Shown piece after piece: positions 48,407 through 58,593 of a stretch of DNA of 64,000 bases. Source of the DNA: an uncultured SAR116 cluster alpha proteobacterium (GTDB lineage Bacteria > Pseudomonadota > Alphaproteobacteria > Puniceispirillales > Puniceispirillaceae); assembly GCA_902622515.1 (NCBI GenBank), contig CACNQE010000008.1, forward strand, positions 15,509 to 79,508, given 5' to 3'. A model generated the notes under the pieces. That model saw only the letters and a program-made list of their open reading frames with translations, was not told the origin of the DNA and did not search any database. The translations under genes were made by a program, and so were the position numbers. Each line of letters starts with the position of its first letter. Positions within the stretch are counted from its first letter, which is position 1.

Positions 48407-49666
48407 ATGATAAAAAATGAACCTAAAAATGCTAAATCAATTATGTCTGAAATTGACCATATTCAGGCGGGTATTTTTGATATGAATGGTATAATGCGTG
48501 GCAAAAGATTGCCCCCATCGGATTATCAAAAAATTTTAGATAAAGGGATACAAATTCCCTTATCGGCCCAAAACATTGATATCAATGGGGAGGATATAGT
48601 CAATAGCAGATTTGTTTTCGAAACCGGGGATAAAGACGGAACAGCTATTAGTCAGGGTGCACCGTTGGTGCTTTTAAATCATTTGCCCAAACCTGTTTTA
48701 TTAATGCCGTTAAGTTTTACTCTTAACAATGGTCAGCCATTTGAGGGTTGCCCGAGGGCCTTTCTAAAATCTGTATTAAATAAGGCGAATGAGAAAAAGT
48801 TAATTTTTAGGTTTGGTATCGAGCTAGAATTTTGCCTTTTCTCAGATGCTGATTTAGCACCTATTTTTTCGAAGCCTCAATTACTTTCTTTATCAGCCTT
48901 GGATTCAATAGATTACTTTTTGCAAGATGTTAATAAAATTATAGACCAACTTGATATTAAGATTGAGTCTATCTTATCAGAAGCAGGAATAGGACAGATT
49001 GAAATTGTATTATCACCTTGTTCAGATCTATGTCATTTAGCAGATGCTATCCTTATTTTAAGACATAGTTTGACTGCATTTGCGTTAGCGAAGGGGATGT
49101 CTGTATCTTTTAGGGCAAAACCCGAGAACTACCTGTCTGGTAATGGATTGCATTGCCACATTTCAATGGGAGACAAACAGTCGGAAAATTTATTTTCAAA
49201 AGATAAAGCCGTTTTCAATTCAGCCATAGCTTCTGTGGTGGATTTATTAGAGCCTGCAGCGGCTATTTTGGCACCACTTCCGAATTCTTATGACCGGTTG
49301 CAGGAAAATAGCCATGCACCTGTAAATATTGGATGGGGGTACGACAATCGAACCTTGGCTGTGCGGATTCCAAACTCTCCCAATAATGCAAAAAGATTAG
49401 AGCTGAGAGTGCCAGGAGCTGACAGCAATCCATATTTTCTTTTTGCAACTTTGGTGTCGGCTATATTAAACGGGTTAGAGGAGATGTTAGAGCCACCATC
49501 CCCAGTTTTGGGCAATGGTTATGAGGCTAATTTAAAGAGGTTGCCGCACGACCTTCGCACGGCTATATCTCTTTTTGAGAAATCGGAAAAAATTCGAAAG
49601 CTGATACCACCCACCTTGAGAGAAATGTTTATTGCCACTAAAAAGCAGGAAATAAAGATAGTATAA
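48407..49666 (+). CDS. Glutamine synthetase-like gamma-glutamyl-amine ligase (PuuA/PauA-like)
   Basis: D.NGI.RGKR, ELEF, SEAG.GQ.E, AKP, GNGLH.H, WG.DNRT.A.RIP, R.E.RVPGAD.NPY. Confidence 0.85.
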   Translation: MIKNEPKNAKSIMSEIDHIQAGIFDMNGIMRGKRLPPSDYQKILDKGIQIPLSAQNIDINGEDIVNSRFVFETGDKDGTAISQGAPLVLLNHLPKPVLLMPLSFTLNNGQPFEGCPRAFLKSVLNKANEKKLIFRFGIELEFCLFSDADLAPIFSKPQLLSLSALDSIDYFLQDVNKIIDQLDIKIESILSEAGIGQIEIVLSPCSDLCHLADAILILRHSLTAFALAKGMSVSFRAKPENYLSGNGLHCHISMGDKQSENLFSKDKAVFNSAIASVVDLLEPAAAILAPLPNSYDRLQENSHAPVNIGWGYDNRTLAVRIPNSPNNAKRLELRVPGADSNPYFLFATLVSAILNGLEEMLEPPSPVLGNGYEANLKRLPHDLRTAISLFEKSEKIRKLIPPTLREMFIATKKQEIKIV

Positions 49667-49679
49667 TCAGGAGAAATTA

Positions 49680-50648
49680 ATGGCTAACGATAAGAAAAAC
49701 AAGGCAATGCCTGAACTATTATCTGACCAGTCTTGGCGCAATTCTGATTTAGATAGGCGATTTTTTGAACCGACATATTCTGGTGCAATGAGTCTATTGA
49801 GGCGTCCTTATTCAGTTGAATTTGATGAAGCAGACATCGTGGTTGCTGGTATACCGTTTGATAACGCAACCACTTTTCGCCCTGGTTGTAGATTAGGGCC
49901 AAGAGCCGTAAGAGCGGCCTCTGTTCAACTAGCAGAATTGCCGTCATTCCCTTTTGGTTTTGATCCTTTTTCTATTTTGAAAGTTATAGATTCTGGTGAT
50001 TTTTTGCTTAATCCTCATAACCCAGAGACAATTATCTTAGATATTTATAAACAAGCAATATCAATCATTAGCGCTGGTGCATCCTTGCTTTCTATTGGTG
50101 GTGACCATTTTGTAACTTATCCTCTATTAAAGGCTCATGCGGAAATATATGGGCCCGTATCATTACTTCAATTTGATGCGCATTGTGATACATGGAAGTC
50201 ATTCGGAGAGCTTGATCATGGTACGATGTTTCTTCGTGCGATAGAGGAAGGGCTTATCGATGTTGAAAGTTCTATTCAGGTAGGGATAAGAACTCATAAT
50301 GATTTTGATGTTGGAATAAAACAAATAACTTCACCTCAAATTCATGAAATTGGTTTGCCTGCTGTTGTTGAGTTAATACTAAATCATCTGAAAGGTAGGA
50401 AGGTCTATCTGAGTTTTGATATAGATATATTAGACCCTGCTTTTGCCCCTGGCACAGGAACCCCTGTTTCTGGTGGAATAGCTAGTTGGCAGGCACTATC
50501 AATTCTTCGCAGTCTCGAGCCATTGAACATGATAGGATTTGATATTGTAGAGGTAAGTCCTCCATTTGATCATGCAGAAATCACTTCAATCACTGCTGCG
50601 ACAATTTTGCATGACTGGATTTGTGTAAAAGCACTTCAAAAGAGTTAA
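49680..50648 (+). CDS. speB: Agmatinase (ureohydrolase family)
   Basis: PFD.ATT.RPG.R.GP, GGDH, FDAHCD, DHGT, SFDID.LDPAFAPGTGTP, D.VEVSP. Confidence 0.85.
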   Translation: MANDKKNKAMPELLSDQSWRNSDLDRRFFEPTYSGAMSLLRRPYSVEFDEADIVVAGIPFDNATTFRPGCRLGPRAVRAASVQLAELPSFPFGFDPFSILKVIDSGDFLLNPHNPETIILDIYKQAISIISAGASLLSIGGDHFVTYPLLKAHAEIYGPVSLLQFDAHCDTWKSFGELDHGTMFLRAIEEGLIDVESSIQVGIRTHNDFDVGIKQITSPQIHEIGLPAVVELILNHLKGRKVYLSFDIDILDPAFAPGTGTPVSGGIASWQALSILRSLEPLNMIGFDIVEVSPPFDHAEITSITAATILHDWICVKALQKS

Positions 50649-51937
50649 ATATGAAAATAATCTCTCATTTTATACCATCCCATGCCAAGAGCTAAAATAG
50701 GGGTCCGCAATGGACCTCCAGGAAATGGAAGATGCGGAATTTTAGTAAGCTGGTTAAATCTCTCTTTTTTTCCACTGACTGCGTCACTTAGAATATTACC
50801 TGCAACACCAGAAAACGCAACTCCGTGTCCCGAATATCCTTGTACGTAAATCGCACTATCTGAAATTCTGCCAAAATGTGGTAGACGATTAACAGTAATT
50901 CCTATTCTTCCGGACCAAGCCTGTTGAATTTTTTTATGCATCAAATCTGGAAACACTGCTCTCATCCTTTTTTTTAAATCTTTCTCAACATTTATTGGGT
51001 CTGTGTTCAAATAGCTTGCACGCCCGCCAAAAATCATTCTATTTTGCTTATCAATTCGAAAATAATTTAATGCAGTATTCCCATCTGCAATTGCAGCTCT
51101 AGAAGGAATGGCTCTTTCTATTTCTGCATCGTTAAGAGGTTCAGTTGCCATAACCGATGAAGTAACTGGTGCTATTCTCCCACGCATGTTCTTTGGAGAA
51201 ACAGCACCAAGATAAGCATTTCCGCATATAATGAGTTGTTCAGTTATAACGCTATGACCTTGTTTTGTGATTAATTTATTCTTGTTGTTTTCAGTCTGTA
51301 TCGAGGAAATTGAGCTGTTAGTATAAATCTTAGCACCATCAATCGATGCTGCTTTTGATAGGCCAATTAGATATTTGAGGGGGTGAAGATGCCCACTTCC
51401 GGCATCGTACAATCCTCCTATATATGCATCAGAACAAATATAATTTAACAACGAGGATCTATTATTTAAAGCAAGAAGACGATTATATCCATGTGCTTCA
51501 AAACTTTTTTGATAGGTCTCTAATTCTCGCATATGACCTTTGTGTATCGCTGTGTGCACATATCCCCAACGAACATCGCATTCTATTTTATATTTTTTTA
51601 TTCTCTCTTTTATAAGATTAGGACCCTCAAGCCCTGCTTGCCACATATCTTCTTTAAATTCAGGATCTATATATTTTGAGAGCTTCTCAAAACTTGATGA
51701 CCATCCTTGACAAATTTGGCCTCCATTCCGACCTGAGCCACCATCACCAATATTCCCAGCTTCAAATAGGCATACATCATACCCTTTCTCACTAAGTGAT
51801 AAAGCTGTTGAAATTCCAGTAAGTCCTCCGCCTATAATTGCCACACTACATCTTATATCTTTATTTAGCTGGCCACAGAACTTTGGAGGTGAAATATCTA
51901 GCTGATAAATCGATTTAGAAATATGGCTAATTGACAT
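50645..51937 (-). CDS. puuB: FAD-dependent oxidoreductase (PuuB/DadA-like gamma-glutamylputrescine oxidase)
   Basis: IIGGGLTG, GGSGRNGGQ, GHLHPL, ATEPL, YFR, WSG, QGYSGHG, FPGG. ATG 51937. Stop shares TTAA with the speB stop. Confidence 0.78.
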   Translation of the reverse strand: MSISHISKSIYQLDISPPKFCGQLNKDIRCSVAIIGGGLTGISTALSLSEKGYDVCLFEAGNIGDGGSGRNGGQICQGWSSSFEKLSKYIDPEFKEDMWQAGLEGPNLIKERIKKYKIECDVRWGYVHTAIHKGHMRELETYQKSFEAHGYNRLLALNNRSSLLNYICSDAYIGGLYDAGSGHLHPLKYLIGLSKAASIDGAKIYTNSSISSIQTENNKNKLITKQGHSVITEQLIICGNAYLGAVSPKNMRGRIAPVTSSVMATEPLNDAEIERAIPSRAAIADGNTALNYFRIDKQNRMIFGGRASYLNTDPINVEKDLKKRMRAVFPDLMHKKIQQAWSGRIGITVNRLPHFGRISDSAIYVQGYSGHGVAFSGVAGNILSDAVSGKKERFNQLTKIPHLPFPGGPLRTPILALGMGWYKMRDYFHI

Positions 51938-52114
51938 TTTGTATAAACTTTTAGCATTGATAGGGTTCAAATTTCTTTTAAAGCATTTCATTAGATAGTA
52001 TATACTTAAATTACATATTTAAAGTGAGTGTTAATAAAAAAAGTATTTTATAAAAAACCGTTAGCATGACTTTATCGGCTGTAAAATAAGAAGTATGGGA
52101 AAGGATGGTGCTTT

Positions 52115-53470
52115 GTGTCAAATCAAGAAGATATTCAGCGTTTTGAAGAACAACACCACTTGCCACCATTTTCCGATTTTAAAACTCTAAAAAAGGAAGG
52201 CACACGTATAATAACTCATGCGCAAGGCCATTTTATATTCGATAATAATGGAAATGCCATTTTAGATGCAATGGCAGGCTTATGGTGCGTAAATGTTGGT
52301 TATGGCAGAGAAGAGCTAGTAAATGCTGCAACCGAACAAATGAAAAAATTACCGTATTATAACAGTTTTTTCAAGACTAGCAATGAGCCAGTAGCGAGGC
52401 TTTCAGCAAAACTTGCTTCGATTTCCCCTAAACATTTAAATCGTGTAATTTACGCAAATTCCGGTTCAGAAGCAAATGATACTATCATCCGTCTTGTGCG
52501 ACATTATTGGAATTTAAAAGGCCATCCTGAAAAAAGGGTAATTATTGGACGCGATTATGGCTATCATGGCTCTACTATCATGGCAGCTAGTATGGGTGGG
52601 ATGAAAGCAATGCACGAGCAATCTGCTAGTGAAGCAGATTTTGAGCATATAAGGCCCCCTTATGGTTTTTTATACCAAGGAAATCAGTCAGAGGCACAGT
52701 TTGCTGAGAGCTCTGCGCGCCATTTAGAAGAAAAAATTCATGAAGTTGGTGCAGATAAAATTGCAGCTTTTATTGCGGAACCAGTGCAAGGTGCTGGAGG
52801 AGTTATTATTCCTCCAAAGGGTTATTTTGATCACATTCAGAAAATCTGTGCTAAATTTGATATTTTATTTATTGTAGATGAGGTGATCACTGGATTTGGC
52901 CGAACTGGAAATTGGTTTGCAAGTCAAACAATGGATTTAAAACCTGATTTAATAACTTTGGCAAAGGGTCTTACTTCAGGTTATATGCCAATGTCTGCTG
53001 TTATGGTAAGCGATAAAATTGCTAATTACTTAATTAATGAAGGTGGCGAATTTTTTCATGGATTTACCTATTCAGGGCACCCTGTTTCTGCTGCTGTCGC
53101 ACTTGCTAATATTAAGCTGATTGAGGAAGAGGGGTTAATTCGTCATGTTCGGGACATTACTGCTCCTTATCTCGCAAAAGAAATTAAAAGGCTAGATAGC
53201 CATCCCTTGGTGGGAGAAACACGAAGTTTTGGATTACTTGCATGCATAGAACTTGTAAAGCATAAGTCTGGACCTGTTTTATTTGATCCCATTGGCGAGA
53301 TAGGTATGAGGTGCCGTGACCACGCTATTAACAGTGGCTTGATGGTACGTGCTGTGCGTGATGGCATGATTTTATCGCCGCCATTAAGCTATAAAACAGA
53401 AGATATTGACATAACAATTGAAAAACTAAATCAGGCATTAGATGACACATATACCGAACTCAAAAAGTGA
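52115..53470 (+). CDS. spuC: Class III aminotransferase (putrescine:pyruvate transaminase SpuC-like)
   Basis: LDAMAGLWCVNVGYGR, LPYYNSFF, SGSEAND, YHGST, AEPVQGAGG, DEVITGFGRTG, AKGLTSGY, HGFTYSGHP. Confidence 0.85.
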   Translation: MSNQEDIQRFEEQHHLPPFSDFKTLKKEGTRIITHAQGHFIFDNNGNAILDAMAGLWCVNVGYGREELVNAATEQMKKLPYYNSFFKTSNEPVARLSAKLASISPKHLNRVIYANSGSEANDTIIRLVRHYWNLKGHPEKRVIIGRDYGYHGSTIMAASMGGMKAMHEQSASEADFEHIRPPYGFLYQGNQSEAQFAESSARHLEEKIHEVGADKIAAFIAEPVQGAGGVIIPPKGYFDHIQKICAKFDILFIVDEVITGFGRTGNWFASQTMDLKPDLITLAKGLTSGYMPMSAVMVSDKIANYLINEGGEFFHGFTYSGHPVSAAVALANIKLIEEEGLIRHVRDITAPYLAKEIKRLDSHPLVGETRSFGLLACIELVKHKSGPVLFDPIGEIGMRCRDHAINSGLMVRAVRDGMILSPPLSYKTEDIDITIEKLNQALDDTYTELKK

Positions 53471-53481
53471 GCACCTAAATT

Positions 53482-54822
53482 ATGACCCAAAAACTAAATA
53501 AATGGCTGTCGGATCGCAATATTACAGAAGTTGAATGTTTAGTTCCAGATATAGCTGGTATTCCGAGAGGTAAGATTCTACCAGCAGACAAATATAATAA
53601 AGTTCTTAGAGGAAGCGGCCTTCGTCTTCCAGAATATGTATTTGGACAGACCGTTACAGGTGATTATCATGACTCAGTTGTGTTAAATGCTGCGGTAGGT
53701 GATGTACTTCTAAAACCTGACGAGAATGCTGCTTATTTAGTTCCATGGTACTCTGAACCAACTGCCCAGATCATCCATGATGCTTTTTACCTAGATAATA
53801 CTGAAGTCACAGTCGCCCCACGCGCTGTTTTAAAGCGCGTTATTCGCGCACTCAATGATAGAGGGTTGTCTGCGATAGTCGCACCAGAGCTTGAGTTTTT
53901 CCTTGTATCACAAAGTTCAGATCCCGATCATCCACTGAAAACACCGCCTGGAAGGTCTGGAAGAGCTGAAACAGGAAAACAAGCTTATGGTATTGATGCG
54001 GTCAATGATTTCGATCCTTTTTTCGAAGATGTTTACGACCATTGTGAAACCATGGGGCTTGATATTGATACACTTGTTCATGAGGGTGGGGCAGCTCAAA
54101 TGGAAATTAATTTCAATCATGGAGAGGCATTAACGCTGGCAGACCAAGCATTGATTTTTAAAAGAACTGTAAGACAGACAGCACTAAATCATCATATTCA
54201 TGCAACCTTTATGGCAAAACCTATGCAATACCAACCGGGCTCGTCAATGCACCTGCATTGTTCCATTTGTGACTTAAAAAATGGTCAAAATATGTTTTCT
54301 AATTCGAGTGGTGAGGATACAGAAACGTTTCGGCATGCTCTTGGAGGATTGCAGCGCTATCTTGCTGGTGGGATGGCACTGATGGCACCCTACGTAAATA
54401 GTTACAGAAGATTTATTACGACTTATGATGCCCCTGCAAATGTTGCATGGGGAGTTGATAATCGAACAGTGGGACTGAGGGTTCCTGCTGGTGATTATCG
54501 CAGTAGGCGCATCGAAAATAGAATTCCAGGTGCAGATACAAACCCATATTTATCGATTGCCTTAACATTTGCTTGTATTCTTCTTGGTATTGAAGAAGAG
54601 ATAGAGCCTGCGAAGCCAATGGTAAAAGAGTCAGATAATTTGTACACATTACCTCGAAATCTTGATATGGCTCTTGATAGTTTAGATAAAGCTAAAAAAC
54701 TTAGAGAAGTGCTCGGACTTGACTTTATATCAGTTTTTAATGAAGTAAAACGTGCTGAAGCTGAGGCATTTTTAAAAGTCATCTCTCCATGGGAAAGAGA
54801 ATATCTGCTTTTAAATGTTTAA
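53482..54822 (+). CDS. Glutamine synthetase-like gamma-glutamylpolyamine synthetase (SpuB/PauA-like)
   Basis: EVECLVPD..G..RGK, VPW, APELEFFL, HEGGAAQMEIN, ATFMAKP, WG.DNRTVG.R, ISPWEREYLLLNV. Confidence 0.9.
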   Translation: MTQKLNKWLSDRNITEVECLVPDIAGIPRGKILPADKYNKVLRGSGLRLPEYVFGQTVTGDYHDSVVLNAAVGDVLLKPDENAAYLVPWYSEPTAQIIHDAFYLDNTEVTVAPRAVLKRVIRALNDRGLSAIVAPELEFFLVSQSSDPDHPLKTPPGRSGRAETGKQAYGIDAVNDFDPFFEDVYDHCETMGLDIDTLVHEGGAAQMEINFNHGEALTLADQALIFKRTVRQTALNHHIHATFMAKPMQYQPGSSMHLHCSICDLKNGQNMFSNSSGEDTETFRHALGGLQRYLAGGMALMAPYVNSYRRFITTYDAPANVAWGVDNRTVGLRVPAGDYRSRRIENRIPGADTNPYLSIALTFACILLGIEEEIEPAKPMVKESDNLYTLPRNLDMALDSLDKAKKLREVLGLDFISVFNEVKRAEAEAFLKVISPWEREYLLLNV

Positions 54823-54857
54823 AATAATCGAGCCATTTATGAGTTTAGGGATTGGAT

Positions 54858-56639
54858 TTATAGAGAGCTTTTTCGTTGATACAATTGTTCTAGCCGTTCT
54901 TGATATAATTTATTAATTTGTTGGCGTTTAATAATACCTGAGGCAGTCATACAGTCATTTCTAACCGAAAAAGGTTCATCACTTAAAACAAAACTCCTTA
55001 CTTTCTCTAGACTACTTAGTCTTGCATTTGCTGTTTTTACTGCTTCTGAAATAATACTTGATAACTTATTCTGATCTTCATGTAGTTTTCTTATTAGAGT
55101 CTGACTCGGGGTAATAACGGCCGTTATATAAGCATGTTGGTTACCATATGCCATTGCTTGGTCGATATCAGGGTGTGCCTCTAAAACAGTCTCTATTTTC
55201 ACAGGTGAGATATTATCGCCACCTGAATTAATAATGATATCTTTTTTTCTTCCTGTTAAACTAATATACCCATCGGGGTGGATCACACCAATATCACCTG
55301 TCATTAGCCAACCATCACGCAATTTTTTTTTAGTGGCAATTGGGTCGTTCCAATACCCCTTCATCAAAAGGTCTCCACGAACACAAATTTCTCCTTGTTT
55401 TGTAAGTTTTGCTTCTACACCAACAAGTAATTTCCCGACTGTTTCTATTTTAATTTTTTTAGGTGGATTTGCCGTGATTACAGGCGAGGCCTCAGTCTGT
55501 CCATATCCTTGCAAGATGGGTATGTTTAAAGCTAGAAAAAAATATCCAATGTTAGGGTCTAACGCCGCTCCACCTGAAACAAATGCCTTCAAGCGGCCCC
55601 CAAGCCGTGAATTAATGTGACGTCGCACCGTTAGGTTTAGATAGCTATTTTCAATTCGTTCAAGTAGCGTAAGTGGTATTTTCTGCAAGTTTTTTTGTCC
55701 AAGATAAACGGCCCTGTCAAGCATTTTTAGATTTATAATACCTTTATGTTGGTAAGAAGCATTAATCCTGTCATGCAAAATTTCGAATAATCTCGGAACA
55801 GCTGTCATAATTGTTGGTTTGGTCTCTATTATTGCTGAACTCAGGGTTTCTGGTTTTTGCAGTAAATATATTTCTGCTCGAATATGTATTGGAAAGAATA
55901 AACCAACCGAATGTTCATATGCATGGCTAAAAGGCAGCATGGATAAAAACACTTCTTTACCAGATGTTAGGTCTGCTAAAAGACCCTCCGCTCCTGCCAA
56001 AACGGCCATTATAGAACGATGTGTAAGCATAGCGCCTTTTGGTTTTTCATCTCCATCTGAGGTGTAAATAATACAACAAACATCGTCTACACTCATTGGC
56101 AAGGATGAAATAATTGTATTAGTACTTGCCTTTTCACCCTCTTTTATTAGGTCTTCCCAGCTTACAATTGCCAGATTATGTGAGTGGTGAAGTAATTTAC
56201 TTTGCTCTATTATAACCATTAAATAACAGTCTGGTGAATCTTGAGCTGCTGTTTCGGCAATAGCCGTAAGTTCTGAATTAGAGCAGATGATAGCTCTCGC
56301 GCCCGAGTGAGACAAAAGATAGGTGATGTCAGTTTGGGTATAGGTTGTAAATAATGGAACAGAGATTGCTCCTATAGACATAATTGCAAGGTCGGTTATT
56401 ATCCATTCGAGTCTGTTTTCTGATAAAATTGCTACTCTGGCACCCGCAGTTATACCGCGTTGTGTAAGAGCACTTGCTATGATTTTCACCTGATTGGCAA
56501 TTTGCCCCCAGCTATGACTTTCCCAATCATTTTCTTTTTTGGTCCAAAGAAACGTGCTATCAGGTTGTTGCTTTGCACGATTAAAAAACATCTCATAAAG
56601 GGTATTTTCTTTTGGTCCTAGTCCTTGAATCTGGGGCAT
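54858..56639 (-). CDS. Long-chain fatty acid--CoA ligase family protein with degenerate catalytic motifs
   Basis: LPFSHAYE, VPRLFE, SGGA.L, QGYGQTEASP, TGD.G and GRKKD.I are intact. P-loop reads YTSDGDEKPKG. Confidence 0.85.
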   Translation of the reverse strand: MPQIQGLGPKENTLYEMFFNRAKQQPDSTFLWTKKENDWESHSWGQIANQVKIIASALTQRGITAGARVAILSENRLEWIITDLAIMSIGAISVPLFTTYTQTDITYLLSHSGARAIICSNSELTAIAETAAQDSPDCYLMVIIEQSKLLHHSHNLAIVSWEDLIKEGEKASTNTIISSLPMSVDDVCCIIYTSDGDEKPKGAMLTHRSIMAVLAGAEGLLADLTSGKEVFLSMLPFSHAYEHSVGLFFPIHIRAEIYLLQKPETLSSAIIETKPTIMTAVPRLFEILHDRINASYQHKGIINLKMLDRAVYLGQKNLQKIPLTLLERIENSYLNLTVRRHINSRLGGRLKAFVSGGAALDPNIGYFFLALNIPILQGYGQTEASPVITANPPKKIKIETVGKLLVGVEAKLTKQGEICVRGDLLMKGYWNDPIATKKKLRDGWLMTGDIGVIHPDGYISLTGRKKDIIINSGGDNISPVKIETVLEAHPDIDQAMAYGNQHAYITAVITPSQTLIRKLHEDQNKLSSIISEAVKTANARLSSLEKVRSFVLSDEPFSVRNDCMTASGIIKRQQINKLYQERLEQLYQRKSSL

Positions 56640-56827
56640 GTGCTTCTATGTATTTACTGAGGTTTGTATGTTAATTATGGTCGCTTTTAATAAGCATTAG
56701 CAAGTTAAAATGTGGACCATTCTTTTTATACGTGGATATATTTTTTCTTCATTAGTCTTACATGATTACAAGTTGTATTAGCTGTTTTGCTCAATTTCGA
56801 CTAATAATGTAAAAGGATAAATTTATA

Positions 56828-58591
56828 ATGTCAGGTAAATTACCCGTTTGGTCATTAACCGATTTTTATGACTCCATAGAGTCAGAAAAAATTAGGACTG
56901 ATTTGCAAAAATGTTCCGATCAAGCTCTTAAATTACAGCAGAAATATGAGGGCAAAATAGCCAGTTTGTCAGCTAATGAGGCTAGTAATGTAATAGTATG
57001 TTATGAGCAGATTATCATCTTGTTGGGTAAAATATCGTCACATGCAGATTTGTGCTTTGCAGCAGATACAAGCAATCCTGAATTTGCTCAGCATTCTCAG
57101 AATATGAGAGAAGCTATAAATGCCATTCAATCAAACCTCGTTTTCATTGAGCTTGAATTAGCATCTATTTCTGAGCTGCAGTATCTTCAGATGCTTAAAG
57201 AGGAGGCCTTTGCATATTTCCAGCCCTGGCTAAGGCTCTTGAGGTTAGCCTCGAAACATAATCTTGAACCAAGGCTTGAGAAACTATTGGTTGAACAATC
57301 ACCCACCAATAGGCAGGCTTGGGTAAGATTATTTGATGAAACTTTTTCTGAGTTAAGATTTGAATTTTTAGGAGAACGGCTTACTGAGACTGAAATACTA
57401 AATAAATTATCAAAAGCAGATCCTAATGTCAGAGCAACAGCAGCTGCGTCTCTATCTAAAGTTTTAAATGATAATTTGCGGTTATTCACCCTTATTACAA
57501 ACACAATTTCGAAGCAAAAAGATACAGAAGAGCGTTGGAGAGGGTATAAAGGAGTGATTTCTTCAAGAAACCTTGCGAATGATGTTGATGACCTTACGGT
57601 AGATTCACTTGTTAGAACAGTTACCAATAGAATGCCAGAGTTATCCCATCGATATTATAAATTAAAGGCTCGCTGGCTCGGAGGAGAAACTATGCCGTGG
57701 TGGGATAGAAATGCTCCTATCTCAGGAAATGAGGGGAAAAAATTTAGTTGGCAGGAAGCATGTGAAATCGTGCAATTTTCCTTTGATGGGTTTGATGCAG
57801 AAATGGGGGAGCTCGCAAAACAATTTTTTGACAACTCATGGATAGATGCAGAAATAAGAAATGGAAAAGCATCTGGAGCCTTTTCTCACCCTTCGGTAAC
57901 AACAGTTCACCCCTACATACTAATGAATTTTGAGGGTTATTCTCGTGATGTAATGACTTTAGCTCATGAAATGGGTCACGGAGTTCACCAGCTTCTTGCC
58001 GCAGAACAAGGAGAGTTGATGTCATCAACACCGTTAACCCTCGCAGAAACTGCGTCTGTATTTTCAGAAATGCTCACCTTTCACACAATCTTAGATGCAG
58101 AAACTTCACAGCAATCTAAACGCCTTATGTTAGCGGATAAAATCGAGGATATGTTAAATACGGTCGTCCGTCAGGTGGCTTTTCATAATTTTGAGTACTT
58201 AGTGCACACTCATCGCAGGCAAGGCGAGTTAAGTTCAAATGAGATCTCAAGGTTTTGGGTTGAAACGCAAAAACAAGCACTTGGTCCAGGGATTAGAATT
58301 GATGATAGTTTTAAGCCAATATGGGCTTATGTTCCTCATTTTGTGCATTCACCATTTTATGTATACGCTTATGCGTTTGGTGATTGTCTTGTAAATGCCC
58401 TATGGCAGGTATACCAAGATGGCTCAGACGCAGATTTTAATATTCATTATAAAACACTATTAAGAAGCGGAGGTACGGTTAGGTATGATAAAGCGTTAAT
58501 TCCGTTTTCACTTAACCCCTCTAAACCTGAATTTTGGAATAAAGGCCTTGATATGATCTCCACCATGATTGACCAAGTTGAAGGTCTATAA
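56828..58591 (+). CDS. M3 family oligoendopeptidase (PepF-like)
   Basis: W.RLFDE, WWDRNAP, GK.SGAFSH, TLAHEMGHG.H, AETASVF.E, PHF.HSPFYVYAYAFG. Confidence 0.93.
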   Translation: MSGKLPVWSLTDFYDSIESEKIRTDLQKCSDQALKLQQKYEGKIASLSANEASNVIVCYEQIIILLGKISSHADLCFAADTSNPEFAQHSQNMREAINAIQSNLVFIELELASISELQYLQMLKEEAFAYFQPWLRLLRLASKHNLEPRLEKLLVEQSPTNRQAWVRLFDETFSELRFEFLGERLTETEILNKLSKADPNVRATAAASLSKVLNDNLRLFTLITNTISKQKDTEERWRGYKGVISSRNLANDVDDLTVDSLVRTVTNRMPELSHRYYKLKARWLGGETMPWWDRNAPISGNEGKKFSWQEACEIVQFSFDGFDAEMGELAKQFFDNSWIDAEIRNGKASGAFSHPSVTTVHPYILMNFEGYSRDVMTLAHEMGHGVHQLLAAEQGELMSSTPLTLAETASVFSEMLTFHTILDAETSQQSKRLMLADKIEDMLNTVVRQVAFHNFEYLVHTHRRQGELSSNEISRFWVETQKQALGPGIRIDDSFKPIWAYVPHFVHSPFYVYAYAFGDCLVNALWQVYQDGSDADFNIHYKTLLRSGGTVRYDKALIPFSLNPSKPEFWNKGLDMISTMIDQVEGL

Positions 58592-58593
58592 TA

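Noticed and set aside
48407..54822. Calling either GS-like gene the housekeeping glnA
   Set aside because: Both have PuuA/PauA-type termini and polyamine context rather than GSI features and a glnB neighbour.
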